A stretch of DNA of 64,000 bases. Source: the human T2T-CHM13v2.0 reference genome, Homo sapiens. The number at the start of each line of letters is the position of its first letter. The first letter of the stretch is position 1. The DNA is taken from NCBI RefSeq assembly GCF_009914755.1, contig NC_060942.1; one strand, 5' to 3'. The notes beneath the pieces are model-generated. The model had not been told where the DNA came from. It made no database searches and worked only from the letters and a program-made list of their open reading frames with translations. The translations under genes and the position numbers were made by a program. Below, piece by piece: positions 1-13,076 of the stretch.

Positions 1-677
1 TTGCATACAGTTGAATCTATTTATAAATTGTCCATTTTGTCCAGATATCCATTTGCCTATTTATTTAAATCTATGCCAAAACATAGTACTTTACAGCCTA
101 TTTTCATTTCAGGCAAATTAAATTCTCCAATCACCACACTTTTTTTAAAACTCTCTGCATTTATTTTATTATTTTCTTGTGGACTTTAGAATGTACAAGA
201 TAGTTCCATCAGACTCACAGGATCCACAACACCCAACTCAAGCTTTCCTAGTCTTTTTGAGGATAAAGAGAAAAAGTGAGGAGATCTGAGCCTCATTGTC
301 CCTCCCCACCCCCTCTGGTAGGTGTCCTCTGGCTCAATATGTCAGGGGAGAGAAAGTTCCAAGTGAGGTTTAATGAGGTAAGGGTACACAAGACAGGAAT
401 TTTATGAAACATTTCCATTTGGTACCCTGGAAATGTATACAGCTTATACAACATTTTGAAGGATGTTGTGCCTCTTAAGTCCATAGAGTATGGATATAAT
501 ATGAGTAATGTTATAGCCAGGGCCACCTAACAGTGTACATTTTGTATTTATGATCTCTGCACTTTAGCAAATGTTATTTATCTATTTACCCAGAGATCCG
601 CTTAAAAAAGGGCTTCTATAGGATCACCTGAATTCTTTCTAATTTTTTCTTTCCCCTATAAAGTGAATGGATTCCAC

Positions 678-700
678 AAAAAAAAAAAAAAAAAAAAAAA
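678..700 (+). repeat. poly(A) tract
   Basis: Uninterrupted run of 23 A; no flanking TSD recognised. Confidence 0.9.
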
Positions 701-801
701 GCCACAGTGGAAAACTAAACAATCAATTTAGATATGTGATTCGCAGAACTACAAATATGGAATCGAGATGTAAAAAGTAATTCAACAACCCAGTAATACA
801 C

Positions 802-849
<48 letters not shown>

Positions 850-952
850 GTATATATATTACAATATATAGCGAGAATGTACTCTATATATAGTGTATAT
901 ACATACATATATATACACATACACATATATATAGATATCTTTACACACATAT
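802..952. repeat. (TG)n microsatellite followed by degenerate (TA/CA)n low-complexity tract
   Basis: Directly visible: about 14 TG units, then TATA/CATA repeats. Confidence 0.95.
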
Positions 953-1092
953 AAATTATTTCAGTAAGTATACGTTTTACAATCATAGTATTAGGAAGAT
1001 AGGAAGCAGAACAGTGATTACAGATAGATCACTACCAATCTAATAACCCTCCTAATATTGAGGTAAATGTCAATGTGTGTACATTTTAAGAA

Positions 1093-1870
1093 GTAAAAAT
1101 TCCTTTGCCAAATTATAATAGTGAGAGAAATCTAACACTGCTGATTCTGTCTTGCTTCTCACCTCACCAGCTAACTCCCCTGTGGATAAACCAACCTAAC
1201 CGTGAGAGGAATTTAGTTTCTGCTTTAACCTTAAAGCGAGAATGATAATACTGTCTTCCCAAAACTATCCCCTCTCCTCATTTAGGGACAAAAACCATCT
1301 TTGTAAAACTAATGAAAGGCTACATGGTTTGAATTTCAGGAGGGGCCTGAATTCTACTAAGACCTATGCATAGTTAAGTGATAACCAGCCATTATTCCCT
1401 ACCTTGCTTACATCTCAGGAGTCATGTAGCCAGAAGTCACAAGATTTGAAACGTTGTCATTATGCCTATAGATAACACAACCATTGTAGAACCTAAGATT
1501 TGTCTTTTGAGATGTTTTTCAAACTTGCATTCTGGCAACCAACTGACTCCATCTGAACCCATGACTCCTTACTCAACCAGTCCTGTGGCCCCCACACAGA
1601 CTCTAACTCAGCACATAGAGATAGTTGTGACATTCTTATAATTTTATCCCCAACCAATCAGCAGCACCCATTTTCTAGCCCCCTGCCTGCCAAATTATCC
1701 TTTACAAACTTTAGCCTCTGAGTTTTGGGAGAAGTGGATTTGAGAAATATCTCTCATCCTTCCACTTGGCCACCTTGTGATAATTCAGCCCTTTCTCTGC
1801 TGCGAAACCACTGTCTCAGTGTTTTGACTTTTCTGTGCAGCAGGCAAGACGAACCCATTGGAATGTAATA
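1093..1870 (+). mobile_element. Solo ERV1 LTR, LTR8/LTR8A-like
   Basis: Start cctttgccaaattata..gtgagagaaatctaac..cttgcttct and end gcagcaggcaagacgaacccattgg match the recalled LTR8 consensus; about 780 bp. Confidence 0.75.
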
Positions 1871-2032
1871 GAGGGAGCCATAAAAGGAAAAATAATAAAT
1901 GTGCGTTTTACTACCTACTCAGGGTTAATATTTTATACAATATTTTGAAAATATATTTTTCTCATCAGCTAAGCAAATCTTTTCCAAGACTTTGCAGGCA
2001 ATTGCAAAATGACTATTTTAAAAATGGTTTAG

Positions 2033-2310
<278 letters not shown>

Positions 2311-2671
2311 TTAGAATTTAAAATATTACAAATGTTTTCAATTCCAAGTTAAACTATTTTGCTTTCTTTCATTTAATCAATCAAGATCCTAATTGTAAAA
2401 TTGTGACAAATAATCTCATAAGTGGGTTTAGATTTTCTAGGGAATTAAAGTGTTGTGGACCTGAAAAGAAAGCAGTAGGAGGCAAATTGCCACATATTCT
2501 GGTAAAAGACTATGAAAAACTAGTTATTTCACCAAGTCATTGGTTTTGAAGATCTCTGGCCTATCATAATGAATGAACATGCTCCCTCTAAATAAATTTA
2601 ATTGAATTGAAAGATTTTGGAAAAAAATCATTCCTGTTTGGCTCTTGCTGCTTCAATGCTAGTAAATGTTA

Positions 2672-3099
<428 letters not shown>

Positions 3100-4008
3100 T
3101 TAAATAGGAAGCATTTATAAATGGGGATTTAATTAATGACCATAGTAACTAGAAGTTCCTCATATAATTTGAACTTAAAATATTTTTTGTGTGACTTTGA
3201 ATATTGATTCTATTTGATGTTATTTTGCATATTGGTTTTAATTTGAAAAGGAGATCTTTTATTTGTGAATTTAGCTGTTTTACATAGCAATTATATAGTC
3301 TAGTGGTGAGTGTATCATCCAATACTAAGTGGAAGACATGAGGTCCTATGTTGTTATGCCACTCCAGGAAGACATAACGCATATAATAAGGTAAGAACAC
3401 GTCTATGTTTTGTGATGTACACTAAATAAAGTCCCTTTAAAATGATCGTTCAGCCAATATTCTGTGGTGCCTACTCATTAATGTTATTTTCTTAGATCAT
3501 CCAACAGTCTTTCCATGACACAATTTAATTTCTGGAAGAAATTACCAACTTTGAAAATAAGAAGATAGGCAGTAAAAATGTTACCTTAAAAAAATAAGAA
3601 AACATTGAAAATAAATTATAAAGACATGAAATCAAAACTAATTTGTGAAGGAGTTGAAACAGTTTTATATTTTGTCCTGAGTTTTAAGATCAGGCAGTCC
3701 TAATGTACAAATCACAAGTCCTGACATGATCAGTAAAGCAATGCATGTTAAAAAAAAAAAAAAAAAAAAAAAAAGATCTTTCTTTTCCCCCTACACATTT
3801 CTGGGACAACTCTTGATTTAATGTATCACAGCAAAACACATCAGATTATGAATATACTCTTTGTATAGTGTGTGAATCTAATTTGGCAATCTGAAACTGT
3901 TCCAGCTCATGATTTTATTTTAAATATATATTTAAAATATCATTGCATTAGCTCATTGACTTTTTTCTGTGTTTCAGATATATGGGTCTTTGAAACTGTC
4001 CTTGCTAG

Positions 4009-4797
4009 TGTTACTGGGGTGGAGGGGTCCTTGCTCCCAGAGCTCCCAATATGGTGGTGGCTGCTTCCAAGATGGCAGCAGGCCACTTCCAAGATGGTGG
4101 CAAGCCTCGTGTTCTCTGACCTGGGGTTCTTGGCCTCACGGATTCCAAGGAATGGAATTTTGGACCATGTGGTGAGTGTTACAGCTCTATTAGAAGGCAT
4201 GGGTCACGGAAGAGAACCATGGAACCCAGTGACTAGTGTTCAGCTTGATTAGGACAAACCCAGGCACTTAGCAGTGCAGGAACAATGGCAAGCCTTTAGC
4301 CCGATCGGGAGCAGCAATGGGCGCCTCACTGGATCAGGAGCACAGCGGACACCCTGTTGGATCTGGAGGGATGGAAGTCAGTGGCGGGTCTGCGACGGCA
4401 GCCAGCAGCAGTGGTGGACAGATGGCAAGTGAAAGCCCAGCTTGAGCCATAACAAACACAGACCAGAAGAGTGCAGTTGCAAGATTTAATAGAGTGAAAA
4501 CAGAGCTCCCATACAAAGGGAGGCAACCCAAAGGGGGTTGCCCTTGCTGGCTCAAATGCCTGGGTTTATATGCTGATCCTTGTCCCTCCCACTGTGCTCT
4601 CAGGAAATAGATGATTGGCTATTTCTTTACCTCCTGCTTTTGCCTAATTAGCATTTTAGTGAGCTCTCTTTACTATCTGATTGGTCAGATGTGAGATAAA
4701 TTGCAAGCCCCGTGTTTAAAGGTGGAAGCGGTCACCTTCCCAGCTAGGCTTAGGGATTCTTAGTCGGCCTAGGAAATCCAGCTAGTTCTGTCTCTCA
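4009..4797 (-). mobile_element. Complete solo LTR17 (HERV-W LTR)
   Basis: Minus strand reads TGAGAGACAGAACTAGCTGGATTTCCTAGGCCGACTAAG...GTAACA; perfect 4-bp TSD CTAG at 4005-4008 and 4798-4801. Confidence 0.95.
4485..4684 (-). promoter_or_regulatory. LTR17 U3/R promoter core: two CCAAT boxes, TATAAA and ATTAAA poly(A) signal
   Basis: Minus-strand CCAAT at 4680-4684 and 4614-4618, TATAAA at 4565-4570, ATTAAA at 4485-4490, in the expected LTR order; activity not shown. Confidence 0.55.
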
Positions 4798-6393
4798 CTA
4801 GCATAAGAGGTAAAACAAAGGGTTCAATTTAAAAATAAAAGCAGCTATTTATTTGAATAAGGAAAGGGACTATTGAAGAATCTCATGATTTGGAGCAAAA
4901 GTTCTAATTTCTTTCAGGTGGACTTGAGAAGAGTCACTTATTATCTGTGTTATCTTATTTTTCTACTCACAGCTTTGTTTTAAAGAGGTAACTAAGTGTA
5001 CGTGTATACAACTAGTCTGCTTTTGACAGCAGTATTGCAGAGTATCTATCACTTTTTACTTATTCTTTCTCTCAGGAATGCTTGCTTAAATTGCACCCAC
5101 AAACTCCCAGCTGCTACAAACACTACTTCTGGGAACAGCCTCATCCATGCCCTCTTATGAACCCAAGTGAAACCTCACAGGTTTCCCTCAGTTGGGTCAT
5201 TGCACATGTCAATGTTTAATTTGAATAAGCATTGTCAGATACTTTCAAAATGGCTGCACAAGTTCTAATTTCCAGCACCTGTCATATTCTACACTTCCAC
5301 TTTCTTTCTACACTAAGGTACATAAATATATGCCAGGCCTTCACCTAATTTCTTGACATTTACTTTGTTTCTCATGATATTCCTTCTGTGGAAGATATAA
5401 AAATCAGTCTTTTATAATTATACCATCACTTGTTAGCTTTGCTAATATGTGTGTGTGTGTATTTCACTTAATATCTTTATATATATATATATACACACAC
5501 GCATATATTTCACTAATGGCCACTGATCATGCACTATTAATGTTTAATCTCATAATGCAGGAATACATAAGCATGTAAGCAGTTATAGTTTCAGAAAGCA
5601 GATGAAATGTTTATCTGAATGATACTACTATTTAATGGTTCGATTTTGGGCAGGTTACTTTCCAAAACCACTTTGTTTCCCTATTATTTAAGAGGTGCCA
5701 ATTTGATAAAATGGCTTTAAAAATTAAATGAGATATTACACATCAAATTAGTAACAGTAAGCCCCAAATATATGTGTGGGAAAATAAATCTTTCCTAGAT
5801 TTCTTAATGTTCTAGTAAAAAAGACTCAGCCTTCTGAGTCTTGGAAATAGAGACTCTTTGGTTTCTTCACGCTCATGAACCTTTTACTTTGCTGATACCA
5901 TGAGGATTAGAACTACAGTCCTTTGTTTTTCTACTGGTGAAACTAATTGCTTCCATTCAAAAGGTTAATCAACTTTCCTCTATCTACCCAAGAGTCAAAT
6001 GTTACTTTGTAGGACACATACCTAGGCTGAATAAACCGGAGACCCCCAGGGCGAGATGATTGCATTTCAAGGGACTAAGATCCAGGAAAGAGGAGAAATC
6101 CCTGGGGCTATAAAGCTGAAGAGGATGGGTCTTTTCTTTTTACTGAAGAGATTTATTTACATTCCGAAGGACTTAGAGTGAAAACTCAGGATCCTACCCA
6201 TCCATCCCTTCTTTAAGGAGACTCTCAGAAAGGGAGGGAGACAAGAGTCTCTTTTCTACACAAATTCCCAGATTCGTGGTTTGGCATTTCTTGCTTCTGA
6301 TATTATGTGTAGCATCATAGGCTCTCATCATATTGTCCCAGAGGTAAGATTTAGGCATGGGGGAACCATACAGTTATGATTGGCTTGTAAGTA

Positions 6394-6440
6394 TTTACTT
6401 TTAAATTGCAAAAACCACAATTACTTTTGCACCAACCTAA
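6394..6440. mobile_element. Half MADE1 (Hsmar1 mariner MITE)
   Basis: ttacttttaaattgcaaaaaccacaattacttttgcaccaacctaa followed by TA matches one arm of MADE1. Confidence 0.85.
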
Positions 6441-6999
6441 TATGTACATTCAGGATACTATTAGTAAATATGGATATTACAAACCATAGAAGGAAGAATG
6501 AAGACAATAGTTTGAATTTAATGCTAGAAAAGGCATCTTTATATTGGGTTTTGAATACAAAGTACGGTACAGGAAGACATCCAATAGGTAAATGGGCTCA
6601 GATAAATGTAAGGAAATCTATTATTAGATCATTACCTTTCAGATATTCTTTTTCAAAAATTAGTCTACCCAGGAAGTTACCTGTGTTCTGCTAGTTCTTT
6701 ATTTCTATGGCCTCTCCTTTCAATGTATTTTTAATTTTTTTCAATTTTTAAATTTTTATGGGTACATAATTGTTGTATATATTTATAGGGTACATGTGAT
6801 GTTTTGATATAGGAACACAATGTGTAACAATCAAATCGGGGTAATTAGGATATCCATCACTTGAAATCTTTATTAATTCCTTGTGTTAGAAACATTCCAA
6901 TTCTACTGTTTTAGTTTGTTTTCAATACATAATAAATTATTGTTAACTATAGTCACCCTATTATTGTGCTACTGAATGCCAGGACTTATTCATTTGACC

Positions 7000-7430
7000 T
7001 GTTAAAGCAAACACAGTATGGCCTGAGAAGGACTCCGTACTTCTTTATTCGAGTCCTTGAGGATGAACTGCAAGCTGATTTAATAGGCAGACGAGACTGA
7101 AAACCTAACTTAGGAGTATGCGCCTGTAACAATAGCTGAGTCTTGGCCAATCCCAGCAGTCATACTTCAATCACTCATAGATTGCTAAAGTGTTCAAACT
7201 GTGTTCAAATAAGGCAAAGGCCAACCTGTAACCAATCCAACTCTTTCTGTACCTCACTTCTGATTTCTGTATGTCACTTCCCTTTTTTTGTCTGTAAATT
7301 TATTCTGACCAGGAGGCATCCCTGGAGTCTCTCAAATCTGATGTGATTCTGGGGGTGTCCAATTTGTGAATCGTTCATTTCTCAGTTAAACTCCTTTAAG
7401 TTTAATTCAGCTGAAGGTTTTCTTTTAACA
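7000..7430 (+). mobile_element. Complete solo MER57A-type ERV1 LTR
   Basis: TGTTAAAGC..atggcctgagaaggactccgtac..ttttcttttaACA; TG...CA ends; interrupts L1MA. Confidence 0.88.
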
Positions 7431-7537
7431 GGTCTAACTGTATTTTTGTAGCCATTAGACAAACCTTTTTTATCTCATCTCCCCAGTACCATTCTTAGCC
7501 TCTGGCAACCATCATTCTATTCTCTATCTCTCTGAAG

Positions 7538-8977
7538 CTTGCTACCTGGAGGCTACAACTCCATGATAAAACCTTGGTCTCCACAACCCCTTATCATAAC
7601 CAAGATATTTCTTTCTACTGATACCAAGTCTTTAGATAATAACTCTTTCAACAAAGTGCTAATCAGAACATTTGAATCTGCCTATAACCTGGTAACTGCT
7701 GCTTCTAGTTGTGCAGACTTTCCAGTCTGAACTAATGGACATCTGACATGTATTGATTGATGTCTTATGTCTCCCTAAAATGTATAAAACTAAGCTGTAT
7801 TCCGACCACCATGGGTGCATGTTCTGTTGCGGGAAGTCAGGGACCCTGAAGGGAGGGACCAGCTGAAGCCATGGCAGAAGAACATAAATTGTGACGATTT
7901 CATGGACGTTTATTAGTTCCCCAAATTAATACTTTTATAATTTCTTACGTCTGTATTTACTGCAATCTCTGAACATAAATTGTGAAGATTTGATGGACAT
8001 TTATCACTTCCCCAATCAATACTCTTGTGATTTCCTATGCCTGTCTTTACTTTAATCTCTTAATCCCGTCATCCTCCTAAGCTGAGGATGAATGTCACCT
8101 CAGGACCCTGTGGTGAATGTGTTAACTGTACAAATTGTTTAAACAACATGAAATCTGGGCACCTTGAAAAAAGAACAGGATAACAGCGATGTTCAGGGAA
8201 CAAGGGAGATAACCTTAAAGTCTGGCTGCCAGTGGTCCAGGCAGAACAGAGCCATATGTCTCTTCTTTCAAAAGCAAATAGGAGAAATATTGCTGAATTC
8301 TTTTTCTCAGCAAGGAACAGCCCTGAGAAAGAGAATGTGTTCCCAAGGGGAGGCCTCTGAAATGGCCGCTTTGGGAACGTCTGTCTTTTACAGTTGTAGA
8401 TTAGGGATGGAATAAGCCCCGGTCTCCCGTAGAGCTCCCAGGCTTATTATGAAGAGGAAATTCCCACCTAATAAATTTTAGTCAGACCGGTTGTCTGCTC
8501 TCAAACCCTGTCTCCTGATAAGTTGTTATCTGTGACAATGTGTGCCCAAAACTTCACTAGCAATTTTAATTTCGCCCCGGTCCTGTGATCTTGCCCTGCC
8601 TCCATTTGCCTTGTGATATTTTATTACCTTGTGAAGCATGTGATCTCTGTGACCCACACCCTATTTGTACACTCCCTCCCCTTTTGAAAATCACTAATAA
8701 AAACTTTCTGGCTTTGTGGTTTGGGGGCATCATGGAACCTGCAGACATGTGATGTCTCCCCCGAACAACCAGCTTTAAAATTTCTCTCTTTTGTACTCTT
8801 TCCTTTTATTTCTCAGACCAGCCAACACTTAGGGAAAATAGAAAAGGATCCACGTGAAATATTGGGGGCTGAATTTCCCCCGACATGTTCTCAGGATCTC
8901 CAGAGGGCTGTGTCAGGGGTCATTGGTTCAGAAAATTTCTTCAAATATTTTACTGAGTTCAACTCTTTATGTTGACA
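7538..8977 (+). mobile_element. 3' part of a MER4-group LTR (7538-7824 and 8886-8977), split by MER11
   Basis: catgataaaaccttggtctccacaacccctt..atgtattgattgatgtcttatgtctccctaaaatgtataaaac; continues tgttctcaggatctcc..ttcaaatattttac..gttgaca. Confidence 0.85.
7825..8885 (+). mobile_element. Complete solo MER11 (B/C-like; HERV-K11/HML-8 LTR)
   Basis: TGTTGCGGGAAGTCAGGGACC start, ..aatttcccccgaCA end, 1061 bp, TSD TGTTC at 7820-7824 and 8886-8890. Confidence 0.93.
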
Positions 8978-10084
8978 CATAGCTTTGCTATTGTATCTCT
9001 TCAATATATTGATTTCCTTTCTATATATCCAGTGGTAGGGTTGCTCAAGCATATAGTAGCTCTAAAGGAACCTCCATGCTGTTCTTAATAAAGGTTGTAT
9101 TAATTTACATTCCTGCCAACAGTGTGTGAGCGTTCCTCTTTCCCCACATCATCACCAATGCTTGTTATTGCTCATCTTTTGAATAAAAGACATTTTGAAT
9201 GAGATGAGATGACATGTCATAATTTTGATGTAATTTTCTTTCAATATATCTGTCTCTCACCTCATAAAAGAAAGGCATAATGTCCTTCATGGGACATTTT
9301 ACAATGGTCCTTACATCCCTAGGAATAAAACCTTATGAATGAACACAAAAAAAGGGCTGAATCAATTGTGAATATGTAAACCCTGATGACAAGTTACATA
9401 CAGCATAAAAAGAAAAAAAGAAAAAAGGTTTGTGTCATTAATATTACAAAGCAGGCTTGTTTTTCCCTCCAAGTGACAAACTTATGACATAGTCTTTTCC
9501 TTCCCTCCTCCCTTCTTTCCTTCTTTTCACTATGTTAGAATTAAGAGATGAGATAATTGTCATGAGAACACCTATTAATATATTTATTTGAATGTAAAAT
9601 TTAATTTCTGTCTTAAGTTTGATTGATTGATCATATTTTACAATTGGGACTGGCTTTGCTGACTAGATAAACTTGTAGACAATTTTCTCAAATGAAATAA
9701 AATAAATATGCAGAACCAATATTTATATCAATATTTTAGTAATATTGTTTATGCCTATACAGTTTTAAAACTGGAAGAAACTATTTTGTTTTCAACTGTT
9801 AAAACTTTTAAATGTTTTAGATATTAATCTGACAATATACAGGAGGGCAAAGAGGTTTTCAAAATTATTTCAGAAAATGTGGTCCAAATGTTTGTAAAAT
9901 AGGTTAAGATCTTTCCATTTCCCTAATTTACTAGAGATTAAACTCAGGCCCATAGATATTGAATCTGTTTTTCAGTATCAGAGAAAAACACTCGACAAGT
10001 TTTTTTTTTATTGGCTATAATTAAATATATTTCACATCATATGCTTATGCAACTGCATTTAAAATGATTAGAATATGTTCAAAT

Positions 10085-10445
10085 TATTTTGTTCATGTTT
10101 TTCCCCCTCCCCAACACTTCGTATATTGAAGCCCTAACCCCTAATGTGACTATATCTGGAGATTGTGTTTTTAGGAGGTAATTAAGTGAGGTCAAGGAGA
10201 GAATGGAGTCCTAAGTCCATAGGACTATGCCTTGTAGAAGGGGAAGATTGATTCTCTCTTCTCTTCTCCTCTTTTTCTTTCTTTTCACGGTGAGAAGGTG
10301 ACTGTCTGCAAGAGCCAGGAAGAGAGCTCTCCTGGAACTCAGTCTTTGACTATACAGCCTCCAGATTTGCGAAAAGCAAATTTCGGTTGTTTATAAGTTA
10401 TCTAGTCTCAGGTATTTTGTTACAGAACAGGAATAAACTAAAACA
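10085..10445 (+). mobile_element. MaLR solo LTR, MLT1A-like
   Basis: tatattgaagccctaacccctaatgtgactata..cagcctccaga..ggtattttgttacag..actaaaaca. Confidence 0.8.
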
Positions 10446-10461
10446 GTCTCCATGTGACAAA

Positions 10462-10978
10462 TTATATTAGGGTTCTTCAGAGAAACGAAAAATAGGATAT
10501 AGATTTGGATATAGATTTAGATATATGAGGACATTTATTCTGGGAATGGCTCATGTCATTATGAAAGCCGAAAAAAAAAAAAAAATCCCACAAAATGCCA
10601 TCTGCAAGCTGAAGCACCTGAAAGTCTAAGAAACAGGGGAGCCAATGATATAACTTCCAGTCCAAGGCCAAAGAGAGAGATAGAGGTGCTCATGCTGTCC
10701 TGAAGTACAAAGGCCCTTGAAAGGAGCTCCAGTGTCTGAGAGGAAGAGAAGATGAAAGTCCCAGCTTAAGAAGAGAGACAGCAAACTCGCTCTTTTTTTG
10801 CCTATGATAATGGCCACCCACATAGGTGAAGACCGATATTCTGATTCTCCTTTATTCAGTTACTAATTCAAAAGCTACTCTCTTTTAGAAACCACCACAG
10901 GCCTACCCAGAAATAGTGCTTTATCACCTATCCAGGCATCCCTTAACCCAGTCATTTGACACAAAATTAACCACTACA
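10462..10978 (-). mobile_element. MLT2 (ERVL) solo LTR
   Basis: attagggttcttcagagaaac at left and cccagtcatttgacacaaaattaaccactaca at right are reverse complements of the MLT2 termini. Confidence 0.85.
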
Positions 10979-12126
10979 CAAATACTATTAATGTGAGTAC
11001 AACTTGAGGAAATAGCAGCTATTTAAATGCTACTTAATAAAAATCAAGGCAGAGGTTAGATAAAATTATTTGTTAAAATGCTAACATTTATCCACTAAGA
11101 TAAACTTTAATACTGTATCCATTTTATGTCACTTTCTGCCACCCTATATGAATTTAACCATAGTATATATTAGCATCATCAACAAATTAAATATTTCTAA
11201 ATAATACACTTCAGTTACGTGTTTCAGACACATGTAAATATCAGGAGGAAAAAATTATATAACATATGAAAGAATTTTAAACATTATTCAAGTGTTACTT
11301 GAAGACATTTGGAAAACATTCTGAAAGCAGTCATTAAGTTTATGTATCTTCATATAATTCATTAAAAGTATAATTATTCTATTAAAAAACTTGTAAAATA
11401 TATTTTTTTAACATGTAATTGCCTTAAAATATCAAACACAAACTGAGTCTATGTCTAAACATATCTCTTAAAATATGGCATGAGTCTAGCCTAGAAAAAC
11501 TCTGCACAAAGTCTGATGGTGGTGAAGCCAAGGTCAGATTTTAATTGTTGCATGTAATGTAGTTCCGTGTTCAGAAATGTTACTCAGAGAGTTTTATGTA
11601 ATAATCATAAAGGTATCCAGGTGACAATATAAGATCAATAAGTTCATTTTCTTCATATTAAGGAAACAATTCAAAGGATGTGCTAATGATGAAGAATTAA
11701 CTAAGCTCTTAAATTAATTATCCTCAAATATAATTCTCAGTTTAAAGTTATAGTGCCTGTCACTTGGAAGTCATTAAGACATAGTAATTGGTATAATATT
11801 TTGAAAAAAAACTGAAATGAGAAACACTCATTTTTTTAAATTCATGATATTGTTTGGCTGTTCAGCCACTAAATCAATGAGACTTAGTACATCAGATAAA
11901 GAGCAATAATGGCTACAATAATAAATTTGTTTCTCAGTTTTAACTGTCAATCTATTTCTGATTTTACACTATGACTCTTGTCTTACCAGGAAGGCTTTGA
12001 CAAAACATAAATGGGATTTATCTACTTTGAAGACATTATGTTTACATATCAAGAGATAAACCCAGTGAACTCAGAATGGAATTTTTTGCTGATTCAGACC
12101 CTACATAACAGACCCTCACTCGTTAA

Positions 12127-12427
<301 letters not shown>

Positions 12428-12769
12428 CACTCTTTGTTTCTTAGTAACAATATTCCAGATATTTAGGCTAGCCTTTAACCCTGTCTTAGGCAGTAAATTA
12501 CCTTTAGTCTTGGCCAGTCATGACAACTGCTTTCCTTTTGCCAGGTACTCATTCCACCAGTTCCCCTCCCCTGTAGAAAGAACAGTATAATTGTGACTTT
12601 TAAGTGATGTGACTTAAGCAATTGATATGTAAGAGGTAATCTTTTGGGGGCTTCTGGGAACAATTTTAGTTGTATCTAGGTAAAAATAAGTATTTCTGTC
12701 TCATACACCTCAATTTCCTGTTTTGGAATGTGATCATGTGTGTCAATTTTCACAATAAAGCAATACTCT

Positions 12770-13076
12770 TTTTTTTTTTTTTTTTTCTAGAGACAAGGTC
12801 TCATTCTGTCACCCAGGCTAGAGTGTGGTGGTGTGATCATAGCTGACTGCAGCCCTGAACCCTTGATTTCAAGCAATGCTCCCACTTCAGCCTCTTGAAG
12901 AGCTAGGACTACAGGCTTGCAACACCATACCCCCCTAATTAAAATAAAGTTTTTTTTTTTCTAGAGATGGGGTCTTGCTATGTTGCCCAGGCTGATCTCA
13001 AACTCCTGACCTCAAGTGATCCTCCTGCCTGGGCCTCCAGTGCTGGAATTACAGGCTTGAGGCACTGCACCTGGCT
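12770..13076 (-). mobile_element. AluJ, full length
   Basis: gatcatagctgactgcagcc J-type diagnostic; degenerate TSD taaagcaatactctt / taaggcaatgctgtt. Confidence 0.92.

Larger units (their letters stand above)
6728..9230 (-). mobile_element. Old L1MA 3' end in three pieces (6728-6999, 7431-7537, about 8980-9230), split by LTR insertions
   Basis: T-rich tail then gggtacatgtgatgttttgatata..atccatcac; resumes tctaactgtatttttgta..ctctggcaaccatcattct; later atttacattcctgccaacagtgt. Confidence 0.8.

Noticed and set aside
678-700. Poly(A) as the tail of a retrocopy
   Set aside because: No TSD, poly(A) signal or recognisable upstream body.
3872-4555. Cluster of overlapping 66-126 aa ORFs
   Set aside because: They lie within or run into the GC-richer LTR17, which is non-coding.
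5821-5842. Hairpin aagactcag-cctt-ctgagtctt
   Set aside because: A single 9-bp stem is within chance expectation for 64 kb and has no supporting context.
5860-6372. Possible old LTR
   Set aside because: The composition is suggestive but I could not match a family or termini. The same applies to about 22380-22770 and 59290-59880.
6394-6440. miR-548-like hairpin from MADE1
   Set aside because: Only one arm is present, so no hairpin can form.
7880-8010. Direct repeat gaacataaattgtga..atggac..ttat occurring twice
   Set aside because: This is an intrinsic feature of the MER11 LTR consensus, not a local event or a CRISPR-like array.
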